64,000 bases of DNA, from positions 26,529 through 90,528 of the forward strand of contig JBDRBK010000060.1 in assembly GCA_043822705.1 (NCBI GenBank), read 5' to 3'. The stretch is from Fidelibacterota bacterium. GTDB lineage: Bacteria > Fidelibacterota > Marinisomatia > Marinisomatales > TCS56. The position numbers and the translations under genes were made by a program. The notes under the pieces were generated by a model that was not told where the DNA came from, did not search any database, and saw only the letters and a list, made by a program, of their open reading frames with translations. Positions 1 through 9,271 of this stretch are shown here, one piece after another (the first letter of the stretch is position 1; each line of letters begins with the position of its first letter).

Positions 1-545
1 TCAAATCTTCCTGGCCCGGCATGATGCGTACCCTGTACGGCGACCATGAACGGTTCCGGCTGACCTATTTCGGTCTGTATCCCGGTTACTACCTGACCGG
101 CGACGGTTCCCGCCGCGATGAAGACGGCTACTACTGGATCACCGGCCGGGTCGATGACGTACTGAACGTTTCCGGTCACCGGATCGGTACCGCCGAAGTC
201 GAAGGCGCCATCGGCAAGGCCACCAATGTGGCCGAAGCAGCCGTGGTCGGTTTCCCTCACGATATCAAGGGCCAGGGCATCTATGCCTACGTTACCCTGA
301 TGAGCGGCGTTGAACCGACAGCGGAAATCGAAAAGGATATTATGAAAACCGTTCGGGCCGAAATCGGTCCCCACGCCACCCCTGATAAAATCCAGTTTAC
401 GCCGGCTCTGCCGAAGACCCGCTCGGGGAAAATCATGCGCCGGATTCTGCGCAAGATTTCCGAAGGCGAGATCGACAAACTGGGCGACATCTCGACCCTG
501 GCCGACCCCACCGTCGTGGATGCACTGGTAGAAGGACGTAAATAA
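1..545 (+). CDS. acs: Acetyl-CoA synthetase, C-terminal part (5'-truncated by window edge)
   Basis: Motifs [29 protein letters not shown] and [12 protein letters not shown]. The frame is open upstream of 21 (KSSWPGMMR). Confidence 0.95.
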   Translation, partial: KSSWPGMMRTLYGDHERFRLTYFGLYPGYYLTGDGSRRDEDGYYWITGRVDDVLNVSGHRIGTAEVEGAIGKATNVAEAAVVGFPHDIKGQGIYAYVTLMSGVEPTAEIEKDIMKTVRAEIGPHATPDKIQFTPALPKTRSGKIMRRILRKISEGEIDKLGDISTLADPTVVDALVEGRK

Positions 546-568
546 GCTTTTCCGGCTTAGTCCAATCG

Positions 569-600
569 AAAAGGGGCTTCAATCGAAGCCCCTTTTTTTT
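569..600 (+). terminator. Intrinsic terminator (probably bidirectional)
   Basis: AAAAGGGGCTTC-aatc-GAAGCCCCTTTTTTTT between convergent genes. Confidence 0.9.
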
Positions 601-659
601 ATAGATAAGTAGTTGTGGGTTGGGGAGAACTGGTCTCTATAATTCAGACCGGGGATAGA

Positions 660-857
660 TCAAATCGTTTTTAAATCACCTACCTGGCAGACGATTTCGC
701 CGCAGGAGCAGACGATCAGATCATGATCCTGCATACCGGCGTAATCAGCATAATCGGCGCTCCAGATCTGATAACAGTGATCGCAGCGTAGCGGATCGCC
801 GGCAAATATAAAACCGCGATTTATGTTCTTGTCGACGGTAAAGTGGGCGTGTTCCAT
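660..857 (-). CDS. Small hypothetical protein, possible zinc ribbon
   Basis: 65 aa from the ATG at 857 with GAAAGGA upstream. CDHC and CSC motifs. Confidence 0.5.
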   Translation of the reverse strand: MEHAHFTVDKNINRGFIFAGDPLRCDHCYQIWSADYADYAGMQDHDLIVCSCGEIVCQVGDLKTI

Positions 858-1039
858 GCTATTTCCTTTCAAGTTCTACGATAGGTGTACAAAAGGCGTA
901 CAAAATATAAGACCGGAAATTCACTAGTGCAAGACCAGATCGGAATAATTATTGAGAATGTGACGCGGTGGGGGCTAATTTCCAGTGCTTGCAGCTTATA
1001 AAATGACATTCAATCAGGAATTATAACCAAGGAGAAATA

Positions 1040-2503
1040 ATGGCTCATCTCAAGCAAGTGACCGCCACCAAAAAATCATGGAAAGATCTGCAGTTTGATC
1101 TGATTGCGACTGGCGTTTTCGAAGAAACGCGACTCAGCGGATTGGGAGAGGAAATTGATGCGGTTATCGGGGGACAGATAACGGCTGCAATTAAAAATGG
1201 TGATATCCGCGGTAAAACCAAGGAAACCACCCTGTTTTACGGTAAAGATTTTCGCGTTTTAGTTCTCGGACTGGGTAAAAAGGATAAATTCAACTCTGAA
1301 GTCGTACGCCGGGCCGCCGCCACCGTTGCCAGGACCGGGCTGGAAAAGAAAACCGGCCGTATGGTTCTGGAATCCTTCGGCGGGGACAATTCCGCCCTGG
1401 CGAACCAGGCCCTGGCCGAAGGTGTCGTGCTGGGCAGCTATCAGTTTCTGAATTACAAGAAACCTGATGAGGAGCGTTTTGAGCTGACCGCTGCCGCGGC
1501 CCTGAATACCGACCCCGCGGCCATCCGTAAGGGCAGCCTGATCGGTGCGGCCGTCTGTTTCGCCCGCGACCTTGGTAACCATCCCGGCAATGTGGCCACG
1601 CCGACCTATCTGTCACAACAGGCCGCAGCGATCGCCAAAGACGGCGATATGAAATTGACCGTATTCGATCGGGACGAATTTACCAAAATGGGCATGGGCG
1701 CCTTGGCCGGTGTGGCCCAGGGTACCGACGAGCCGCCTAAATTTATCCTGCTGGAATACAATGGCGGCGGAGCCGCAAAACCGGTGGCCCTGGTCGGCAA
1801 GGGTCTGACTTTCGACAGTGGCGGTATCTCGATCAAACCCGGCGCGGGCATGGACGACATGAAATATGACATGTGCGGTTCGGCCGTGGTGCTGGGAGCG
1901 ATGCAGGCGATCGCCGCCCTGAAACCGAAAATGAACGTGGTTGCGGCGATTCCGTCCACCGAAAACCTGAGCGGCGGCAAGGCTTACAAGCCGGGCGATA
2001 TTCTGACCGCCTACAACGGCAAAACTATCGAAATACTGAACACCGACGCCGAGGGCCGGGTGATACTGGCCGATGCCCTGAGCTATGTCAGCAAGCACTA
2101 CGAGCCGCAGTATATCCTGGATTTCGCCACCCTGACCGGCGCCGTTTTAATCGCCCTGGGCCATATCGCCACCGGCATTCTGGGCACCGATGAAGAACTG
2201 ATCCAAAAAATCAAGACGGCAGCCGATGTGACCGGTGAGAAATTCTGGCAATTGCCCCTGTGGGATGAATATTGCGAACAGGTTAAATCCAAGATCGCCG
2301 ATGTGAAAAACGTGGGTAAGGAACGCCAGGCCGGCACGATCGCCGGGGCGGCCTTCCTGAAGGAATTCGTCGGCGAAGGCATCTCCTGGGTGCACTTCGA
2401 TATCGCCGGCACGGCCTGGAGCGACGAGGATATTCCCTATAATGTGAAAAACACCGCCAGTGGCGCCGTCATCCGGACTGTACTGGAAGTAATGGGCGTC
2501 TGA
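1040..2503 (+). CDS. pepA: Leucyl aminopeptidase (M17)
   Basis: VGKGLTFDSGG, MKYDMCG and NTDAEGR motifs. AAGGAG RBS. Confidence 0.96.
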   Translation: MAHLKQVTATKKSWKDLQFDLIATGVFEETRLSGLGEEIDAVIGGQITAAIKNGDIRGKTKETTLFYGKDFRVLVLGLGKKDKFNSEVVRRAAATVARTGLEKKTGRMVLESFGGDNSALANQALAEGVVLGSYQFLNYKKPDEERFELTAAAALNTDPAAIRKGSLIGAAVCFARDLGNHPGNVATPTYLSQQAAAIAKDGDMKLTVFDRDEFTKMGMGALAGVAQGTDEPPKFILLEYNGGGAAKPVALVGKGLTFDSGGISIKPGAGMDDMKYDMCGSAVVLGAMQAIAALKPKMNVVAAIPSTENLSGGKAYKPGDILTAYNGKTIEILNTDAEGRVILADALSYVSKHYEPQYILDFATLTGAVLIALGHIATGILGTDEELIQKIKTAADVTGEKFWQLPLWDEYCEQVKSKIADVKNVGKERQAGTIAGAAFLKEFVGEGISWVHFDIAGTAWSDEDIPYNVKNTASGAVIRTVLEVMGV

Positions 2504-2533
2504 TAGCGCCTGATAACAACGGACTTACTAAAG

Positions 2534-2565
2534 ATAAAGCCCCTGGTGTATGCCGGGGGCTTTAT
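2534..2565 (+). terminator. Intrinsic terminator hairpin
   Basis: ATAAAGCCCCTGG ... CCGGGGGCTTTAT after pepA. Confidence 0.75.
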
Positions 2566-2957
2566 TATGAGCTGAAAATTGATGTACTACCTATCGATTT
2601 TTTTTTGAAAATAATACGCAAATGCTGGTAATTAGTTCAACGATAGCAAAGATGTGGCCTACTATTAAGGTTGCCTCAGTTTTATTTATGTATTACAACT
2701 CTGAAAATAAATAGAGCTATACAGATTAGTATATTCACCTGGTTAGATTAATTAACTGATATTATTAATAGTTATTTAGAATACTGCTGTATTGAGGTCT
2801 TGCCTGATCTTAAGTATTCTCGGCAAATAGACCGTCAAACCGCGGCTGTATACAAATTTCGTTTTTCAATTGCTGATCCTTCAGTAGGTTATGTATAACA
2901 AATTTGAATTTGATCGGATTGTAGTTGGTCACTGGTTATATCGATGATGGAGGCAAT

Positions 2958-3533
2958 ATGGCTGATTATCCTTCCCGCGCTGAGGCGCTGGAATTATTTT
3001 ATGAGTACACTAAAAGTGAATCGCTGCGTAAGCACGGCCTGGCAGTGGAACAGGTGATGCGTAAGCTGGCCGCGAAATACGGTCAAGATGTTGAATTATG
3101 GGGCATCACCGGTCTGCTGCACGATTTTGATTATGAGCGCTACCCCACGGCTGAGGAACATCCCTGGAAAGGCAATCAAATCCTGAAAGCAAAGGGGTAC
3201 CCAGCCGAAATGCTGGCGGCCATCATGGGGCATGCCGATTACACCGGCATCCCCCGGGAAAGTCTGATGGCTAAAGCCCTGTTCGCATGCGATGAATTAT
3301 CAGGTTTCATATTTGCGGTGGCATATGTGCGGCCGTCGAAGTCGGTGCTGGATGTGAAAGTCAAATCGGTCAGTAAAAAGCTGAAGGACCGCAGTTTCGC
3401 CGCCAAGGTCAGCCGTGAAGATGTGGAAATGGGGATCGTCGAGTTGGGCGTGGACCGGGCTGAACATATCCAGTTCGTAATCGACGCCCTGAAGGAAAAG
3501 GCCGCCGAGCTGGGACTAGCCGGAGAATTGTAG
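2958..3533 (+). CDS. HD/HDIG-domain metal-dependent phosphohydrolase
   Basis: LRKHGLAVE, GLLHDFDYE and ACDELSG motifs. GGAGG RBS before the ATG at 2958. Confidence 0.88.
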   Translation: MADYPSRAEALELFYEYTKSESLRKHGLAVEQVMRKLAAKYGQDVELWGITGLLHDFDYERYPTAEEHPWKGNQILKAKGYPAEMLAAIMGHADYTGIPRESLMAKALFACDELSGFIFAVAYVRPSKSVLDVKVKSVSKKLKDRSFAAKVSREDVEMGIVELGVDRAEHIQFVIDALKEKAAELGLAGEL

Positions 3534-3615
3534 ACAAGAGCGGAGGAGCAGAAGGGCAGGGGAGCATAGGGGGAGCGGCCGGGAATGGTTTGCAATCCGG
3601 TGGAGAGAATATTGA

Positions 3616-3972
3616 CTATTGTCCAGTTAGTTTCTGGCGGAATACGAAGAAAACAGCGCCCAGAATGCAAAGACCGGCCCACAGATAATCCAGTTTGAGC
3701 GGCTCTTTCATGAACAAGATCGAAAAAGGCGCAAAAATCGACAGCGTGATGACTTCCTGAAGTATTTTTAATTGGCCGAGGTTCATCACCTGAAAACCGA
3801 TCCGGTTGGCCGGCACTTGCACCAGGTATTCGAACAGGGCGATTCCCCAGCTGACCAGTGCGGCGATAATCCAGGGTTTTCCAGTCAGGTTCTTCAAATG
3901 TCCGTACCAGGCAAAAGTCATAAACACATTACTGCAGCATAACAGAAAAGCCGTAATCAGAATCGTACGCAT
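3616..3972 (-). CDS. DMT-superfamily small membrane protein (DUF486-like)
   Basis: SNVFMTFAWYGHLK, SWGIALFEY and QLKILQEVITL motifs. ATG at 3972 with GAGG RBS. Confidence 0.88.
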   Translation of the reverse strand: MRTILITAFLLCCSNVFMTFAWYGHLKNLTGKPWIIAALVSWGIALFEYLVQVPANRIGFQVMNLGQLKILQEVITLSIFAPFSILFMKEPLKLDYLWAGLCILGAVFFVFRQKLTGQ

Positions 3973-4083
3973 ATTCGTATCCTCGGCGTCAGCGGTGGAA
4001 TCTTCTATGAAAAACCTGCCATTTTCCCCGGTGGGTCGACTGACGGTCATCCGGTTCGAAAACGCTGGCAGGCAATGGGATAG

Positions 4084-4111
4084 AATATAGCGGAAACAGG
4101 AATATTGTCAA
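4084..4111 (-). promoter_or_regulatory. Sigma70-type promoter for the DMT gene leader
   Basis: Minus strand TTGACA-N16-TATATT. Confidence 0.6.
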
Positions 4112-4127
4112 GAGGGACGGTGATAAT

Positions 4128-5111
4128 TCAGCCGGAATAAATACGCCAGATACTGAATCCAAAATACAGAAATAACAAAAACAGACCTTCCCGCCAGACG
4201 ATTTTCCGTCTGTCGGTGATGCATAGGGGCAGTAAAAGAAATGCCAGAAATACCATCATCACCAAATCTTGTATTCCTTCCGCCGCCGGAACGGGGATCG
4301 GCCGCAGGGTCGCGCCGATGCCGTTAATGAAAAGCAGATTAAATATATTCGACCCGACGATATTGCCGATGGCGATATCGGTCTGACCTTTCCAGGTGGC
4401 GATAACCGACGTAACCAGTTCCGGCAGACTGGTACCGACGGCGATTACCGTCAGTCCGATGATGACCCGTGGCACATGCAGCGATTCAGCCACAGTCACT
4501 GCGGCGTCGACGGCCAGTTTACCGCCGGCAACCAGGAGAACCAGCCCGGCGATAAACAGAAACAGGTTGTAGGTAATTTTTCCGGAGCTTTTTCCCGCTG
4601 ATATTTCCTCGGCCTGCATAAGCAGCGGGTCCGCTTTCCTTTTTCGAATGACATCGCCGATCGTATAAAACAGAAAGACACAAAATATCAGAAGAAAAAC
4701 CAATCCGTCCGAACGATCAAAAGTGTTGGGGGAATTACGCAGGAAAATATCCATCCCGGCCACCAAGGCGATCAGGGAGGCCAGCAACATCATCGGGATT
4801 TCCCGCGTTATAATGATCCCTTCGATGGCCAGTGGTTTGATCAGGGCCGCAATTCCGATGATCAACCCGATATTGGCGATATTGGAACCGATTATATTGC
4901 CGAAAGCAATTTCCGTGTTGCCCTGAACGGCGGCCAGCAGGGTAACCGAAAGTTCCGGAGCGCTGGTCCCGAAAGCGACGATCGTCAGACCGATTACCAG
5001 CGGGGAAACCCGCAGGCTTTTAGCCAAAGCGGAGGCGCCGCGAACCAGTAATTCGCCACCGCCCAGCAGCAGGGCGAGGCCTGTCAGCAGGATTAAGAGT
5101 TGAATCAGCAC
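4128..5111 (-). CDS. Calcium/sodium antiporter (CaCA family, YrbG-like)
   Basis: Two alpha repeats: GTSAPEL/GNIIGSNIAN and GTSLPEL/GNIVGSNIFN. Confidence 0.93.
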   Translation of the reverse strand: MLIQLLILLTGLALLLGGGELLVRGASALAKSLRVSPLVIGLTIVAFGTSAPELSVTLLAAVQGNTEIAFGNIIGSNIANIGLIIGIAALIKPLAIEGIIITREIPMMLLASLIALVAGMDIFLRNSPNTFDRSDGLVFLLIFCVFLFYTIGDVIRKRKADPLLMQAEEISAGKSSGKITYNLFLFIAGLVLLVAGGKLAVDAAVTVAESLHVPRVIIGLTVIAVGTSLPELVTSVIATWKGQTDIAIGNIVGSNIFNLLFINGIGATLRPIPVPAAEGIQDLVMMVFLAFLLLPLCITDRRKIVWREGLFLLFLYFGFSIWRIYSG

Positions 5112-5254
5112 TGGATTTTGCTTGGAAAATTGCTTGTGAATTTACATTATTCCGGATGGCCGGATTTATTTGGTTATATTATACGATTATTGCCGGGCTT
5201 CCCGTCGAAAATCAGTATGCCAGTATTTTCACCGGGTTGATTCGTGCAGTCCGG

Positions 5255-5725
5255 TTAAATATATCTTCTCACACGCTGCCGGTATTTTATATATTGTTCC
5301 GCAAATCGATTTTCAAGGAATTTTTCTTCACCGAGGATTATCCGGTGATAAATCACAATACTGTATATCCCAAAAATTAAAACCGGGAAGTTTTTGAGAT
5401 AGAGTACCGCTGACAGCGTCAACAAATTAAAACCCAGGTACATCGGGTTACGGCTGATTCTGTACAGGCCATTTGTTTTGAACGCAGTGGTGTCACCGGG
5501 AATACCCAGGCAGGTGGATTTCCCCAGGTTTATCAGGCTGATGACCGTGAATGTCAGTCCGATGAACAGGCCAATTACAGTAATCCACTTTTGCAGACTC
5601 ATTGTGATTGTCCAACCAGTGGATAACAGTGCCTGCAGCAGCAGAATCCATAGTACATAGCCGGAAATTTTCCCGGAGTAAAATAGCAGGGGGTTGATGG
5701 TCGCTTTCCCGATAAGATTTTTCAT
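5255..5725 (-). CDS. Isoprenylcysteine carboxyl methyltransferase / PEMT-family membrane protein
   Basis: TNGLYRISRNPMYLG, EEKFLENRF and YRQRVRRY motifs. Confidence 0.85.
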   Translation of the reverse strand: MKNLIGKATINPLLFYSGKISGYVLWILLLQALLSTGWTITMSLQKWITVIGLFIGLTFTVISLINLGKSTCLGIPGDTTAFKTNGLYRISRNPMYLGFNLLTLSAVLYLKNFPVLIFGIYSIVIYHRIILGEEKFLENRFAEQYIKYRQRVRRYI

Positions 5726-5895
5726 TTTTTACCTCAATTGACTTGTTGTGCTGGCTGAATAATTATTGTATCCGAGACTATGTCAATTTAAGACTCCATA
5801 AGGCTTTGGAAGATAATATTTGTTAGTGGCAGCGACCGCTGTTTTCACCATCCAATTTCCATTTAACAATTGCCTACATTTCCGTACCTTTAACC

Positions 5896-6993
5896 ATGAC
5901 AAATTTTACCGGAATTGCACTATTTGTAATTGGATTTATCAGCGGGGCGATCGTGATCTGGCTGGTCCGCCAGCGGGAGCTGAAATCAGTTGCCGCCAGT
6001 CAGAAGCAGTTGGAGGACGCCTTTGGCAGCCTCTCCCGGGAAGCACTCGACGCCAACCAGAAAACCTTTCTGGAACTGGCCCGGTCGCAATTCGATAACC
6101 TGCTCAAATCGTCGGACAATCAGTTGGACGAAAAGAAAAAGTTGATCGATGGCACGATCAATGATATGAAAACCCAACTGGAAAATTTAAATCGTCAGAC
6201 CTCGGCCCTGAAAGGTTCCCTGGAGGAATCCCAGCAGGGCATTTCCCGGCTCACCGACACCACCGGTCAACTGCGCCAGATTCTGTCCAGTTCCCAGGCC
6301 CGGGGGCAGTGGGGCGAGCGGATGGTCGAAGATATCCTCAATTTTATTGGCCTGGTGGAAGGCATCAATTATTCCAAACAATCCATGGAGGGGAGCAACC
6401 GGCCTGATTATACTTTTATCCTGCCCCACGACAAGCGGATCAACATGGATGTTAAATTTCCCCTGGTCCACTACGAACGCTACCTCACAGCCGAACAGGA
6501 CGATCAGCGTGAGAACGCCAAAAAGCAGTTTCTCAACGATGTGCGCGGCCATATCAAGGCGATTGCCAAACGCGATTATATCGATCCTGCCGGGGGGACC
6601 GTCAATTACGTCCTGCTGTTTATTCCCAATGAAAGTATTTATTCATTTTTGAACCAGGCCGATACGGAATTGATCGATTTTTCCCTGTCCCAGCGGATCA
6701 TTCTGTGCTCGCCGATCACCCTGTATGCCGTGCTGTCGCTGATCAGGCAGGCAGTGGACAGTTTCGCCATGGAAGCGCGGGCCGGCGAGATGCAGAAACT
6801 GGTCCAGGAATTCAAACAGCAGTGGGGGAAATTCAATGAAAAAATCGATTCACTGGGAAAATCATTGACCGCCACCCGTAACCATTTCGAAGATTTAGCC
6901 ACGACCCGCACCAACAAGCTGCAAAAACCGATGGACAAGATCGCCGATCTGCAACTGGCGCCGGGTTCCGAACCGGAATTATTGGAGGAATGA
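5896..6993 (+). CDS. rmuC: DNA recombination protein RmuC
   Basis: N-terminal TM, coiled coil, then RGQWGE, RPD, DVKFP and LFIPNES motifs. Confidence 0.92.
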   Translation: MTNFTGIALFVIGFISGAIVIWLVRQRELKSVAASQKQLEDAFGSLSREALDANQKTFLELARSQFDNLLKSSDNQLDEKKKLIDGTINDMKTQLENLNRQTSALKGSLEESQQGISRLTDTTGQLRQILSSSQARGQWGERMVEDILNFIGLVEGINYSKQSMEGSNRPDYTFILPHDKRINMDVKFPLVHYERYLTAEQDDQRENAKKQFLNDVRGHIKAIAKRDYIDPAGGTVNYVLLFIPNESIYSFLNQADTELIDFSLSQRIILCSPITLYAVLSLIRQAVDSFAMEARAGEMQKLVQEFKQQWGKFNEKIDSLGKSLTATRNHFEDLATTRTNKLQKPMDKIADLQLAPGSEPELLEE

Positions 6994-6994
6994 C

Positions 6995-7429
6995 GTGAAA
7001 ATTCAAGGGATTATACTTATTTTGTTTATTAGTCTGATTGTGCTGGTTGGCACCGCCTGCGTCGGCCCGGCCGAGCCGGACGACGGATTACTGGAGAACC
7101 TGACAGCCGTCGTCAATACCGCAACCGCCTTTACGCTGCATCTCAAGGCCGATGAATATACCTTTGACGAAGACTATACCCTGTCAATGACTTACACCGA
7201 TACCAACGCCGTGCTTTCAAAGGTGTTGCTGGTGGAGAACTACACCAAACCAGATTCGGCATACATTTATTTTTACCGGGCCGACAACACCTTGCTGACG
7301 GCTTGGGTCATCGGTGGTGCCGAAATGCGTGTTGAGACTGACTCGGTAAAACATTTTGCGCCCAAGAAAATCAAATTCCAGGGTGAAAAATTCACCGGTG
7401 TGATTGAATTCATCCTGGCCAAGGATTGA
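6995..7429 (+). CDS. Hypothetical lipoprotein
   Basis: GTG start coupled to rmuC. Hydrophobic signal ending in GTAC lipobox. Confidence 0.7.
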   Translation: MKIQGIILILFISLIVLVGTACVGPAEPDDGLLENLTAVVNTATAFTLHLKADEYTFDEDYTLSMTYTDTNAVLSKVLLVENYTKPDSAYIYFYRADNTLLTAWVIGGAEMRVETDSVKHFAPKKIKFQGEKFTGVIEFILAKD

Positions 7430-7446
7430 CCGGCGGTCGGCCAGCA

Positions 7447-8175
7447 ATGATTATCAAGTCGATTCCGCTGCTGCTGATCCCGGTCCTGATAATGGGAGGA
7501 ACGATGGATAATTATCAGACCGACCGCCTGCAATCGACGGCCGGCGTCATTGAAATAACCGCCATCGGCCACGCCTCGCTGCAGTTACGGCTGGCCGATA
7601 AGGTCATCCACATCGATCCGGTCCTGCGTGAAGGCGATTATGCCACCCGGCCGAAAGCCGACCTGATCCTGGTCACACACGACCATTTTGATCACCTGGA
7701 TTCCGACGCCATCAACCTGGTCCGGACTACCGCCACCCGCCTGGTTTATACGGCCGGTTGTGCGGCACGGATGCCGGGAGGAACAGTCCTGGCAAATGGC
7801 GCCACGATGGATTTGGGCTGGATTCACATCGAAGCCGTGCCGGCCTACAACATCAAACATCTGCGGGCCCCGGGGCAGCCGTTTCATCCCAAAGGTGTGG
7901 GCAACGGCTATGTGCTGACACTGGGGGACAAGCTGATCTACATCGCCGGTGACACCGAAGATATACCCGAGATGCGTGAGCTGAAAAATATCACTATCGC
8001 CTTTCTGCCGATGAACCTGCCCTACACGATGACCCCGGAAATGGTGGCTGGTGCCGCCCGTGCCTTCCGGCCGGCGATCCTGTATCCCTACCATTTCGGC
8101 AACAGCGATCTGCAGCAACTGGTCAAACTGCTGGCAGACCGGCCCGCAATTGAGGTGCGACTGCGGGATTTCTAA
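7447..8175 (+). CDS. MBL-fold metallo-hydrolase (UlaG-like)
   Basis: GHAS, IDP, THDHFDH, YIAGDTE and PYHF motifs. Confidence 0.88.
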   Translation: MIIKSIPLLLIPVLIMGGTMDNYQTDRLQSTAGVIEITAIGHASLQLRLADKVIHIDPVLREGDYATRPKADLILVTHDHFDHLDSDAINLVRTTATRLVYTAGCAARMPGGTVLANGATMDLGWIHIEAVPAYNIKHLRAPGQPFHPKGVGNGYVLTLGDKLIYIAGDTEDIPEMRELKNITIAFLPMNLPYTMTPEMVAGAARAFRPAILYPYHFGNSDLQQLVKLLADRPAIEVRLRDF

Positions 8176-8270
8176 GCCGGCGATCCGGCGCCTCGAAAAA
8201 TTCGTATTGTTAACCGGATACCTTCCGGTGGCCGGTGTAAACCGGAAGGTTGTAAAATAAGGGAGGTCTT

Positions 8271-9251
8271 ATGCCGGGAGCCAACAAAAACGCGATTCCC
8301 CGAATGCTCACTTTTTACTTTTTACTGATCACTCTCGTTTTATCCCAGCCGGGACCAGTGGCTACTTTTTCGATCGTGGCCGCCGATACGGCCGCCGGCG
8401 AATTGGGCATCGCCGTGGCTTCACGCTTCTTCACCGTCGGCAATGTGGTTCCCTGGGCCAAAGCCGGAGTGGGGGCGGTAGCGACCCAGTCCTTCGCCAA
8501 TACCAGTTTCGGCTGGCGCGGGTTGGACCTGCTGGAACAGGGGACCGCCCCGGATGAAGTGGTCGCGATCCTCATACGCAACGATGATAATCCCACCCGG
8601 CGTCAGTTCGGGGTGGTGGCTGCCGATGGCCGATCGGCGACCTACACCGGCGAAAACTGCCTGGACTGGGCTGGCGGCCGCAGTGGGTCCTGTTATGCCG
8701 TGCAGGGCAATATTCTGGCCGGTGAGGCGGTCGTAGCGGCCCTGGAGAAAACCTTTCTATCCACGACGGGGACGCTGGCGGAACGGTTATACGCCGCCCT
8801 GATTGCCGGTGAAGCGGCCGGCGGTGATTCCCGCGGGAAACAGTCGGCGGCGCTGCTGGTGGTGAAGGCCGGCGCCGGCTATGGCGGATATACCGACCGG
8901 GCCATCGATGTGCGTGTGGACGATCACGCCGAACCGTTCGTGGAACTGGGTCGGATTTTGGCGATTGCCCGGATGAACTACGCCTGGAACGAAGCCTGGA
9001 CGCTGTTCATGCAGAAACGGCCGCAGGAGGCGCTGCCCCACATCGAACGGGCCGTCGGCCTCGATCCGGACTACCCGGAACTGCTGTACGATCAGGCGGT
9101 GATTCGCCTGGCAGCCGGGCAGCCCAAGGCTGCCCTGGAGGCGTTGGAGCAGTGCCTGAAACTGAATCCGAAACTGAAAACCCAGGCCGCCGTCGACAAC
9201 GACCTGGAACAATTACGTGCCGATTCGGCTTTCCGGAAATTGATCAAATAG
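8271..9251 (+). CDS. DUF1028 (Ntn-hydrolase-like) protein with C-terminal TPR repeats
   Basis: Signal peptide, then TFSIVA, GAVATQ, GGDSRGKQSAAL and DVRVDDH motifs. TPR-like tail. Confidence 0.85.
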   Translation: MPGANKNAIPRMLTFYFLLITLVLSQPGPVATFSIVAADTAAGELGIAVASRFFTVGNVVPWAKAGVGAVATQSFANTSFGWRGLDLLEQGTAPDEVVAILIRNDDNPTRRQFGVVAADGRSATYTGENCLDWAGGRSGSCYAVQGNILAGEAVVAALEKTFLSTTGTLAERLYAALIAGEAAGGDSRGKQSAALLVVKAGAGYGGYTDRAIDVRVDDHAEPFVELGRILAIARMNYAWNEAWTLFMQKRPQEALPHIERAVGLDPDYPELLYDQAVIRLAAGQPKAALEALEQCLKLNPKLKTQAAVDNDLEQLRADSAFRKLIK

Positions 9252-9271
9252 CCGGCGCTGACGCTCCCGGT

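Noticed and set aside
2566..2950. AT-rich intergenic stretch as an ncRNA or origin
   Set aside because: No recognisable structure, DnaA-box cluster or ORF.
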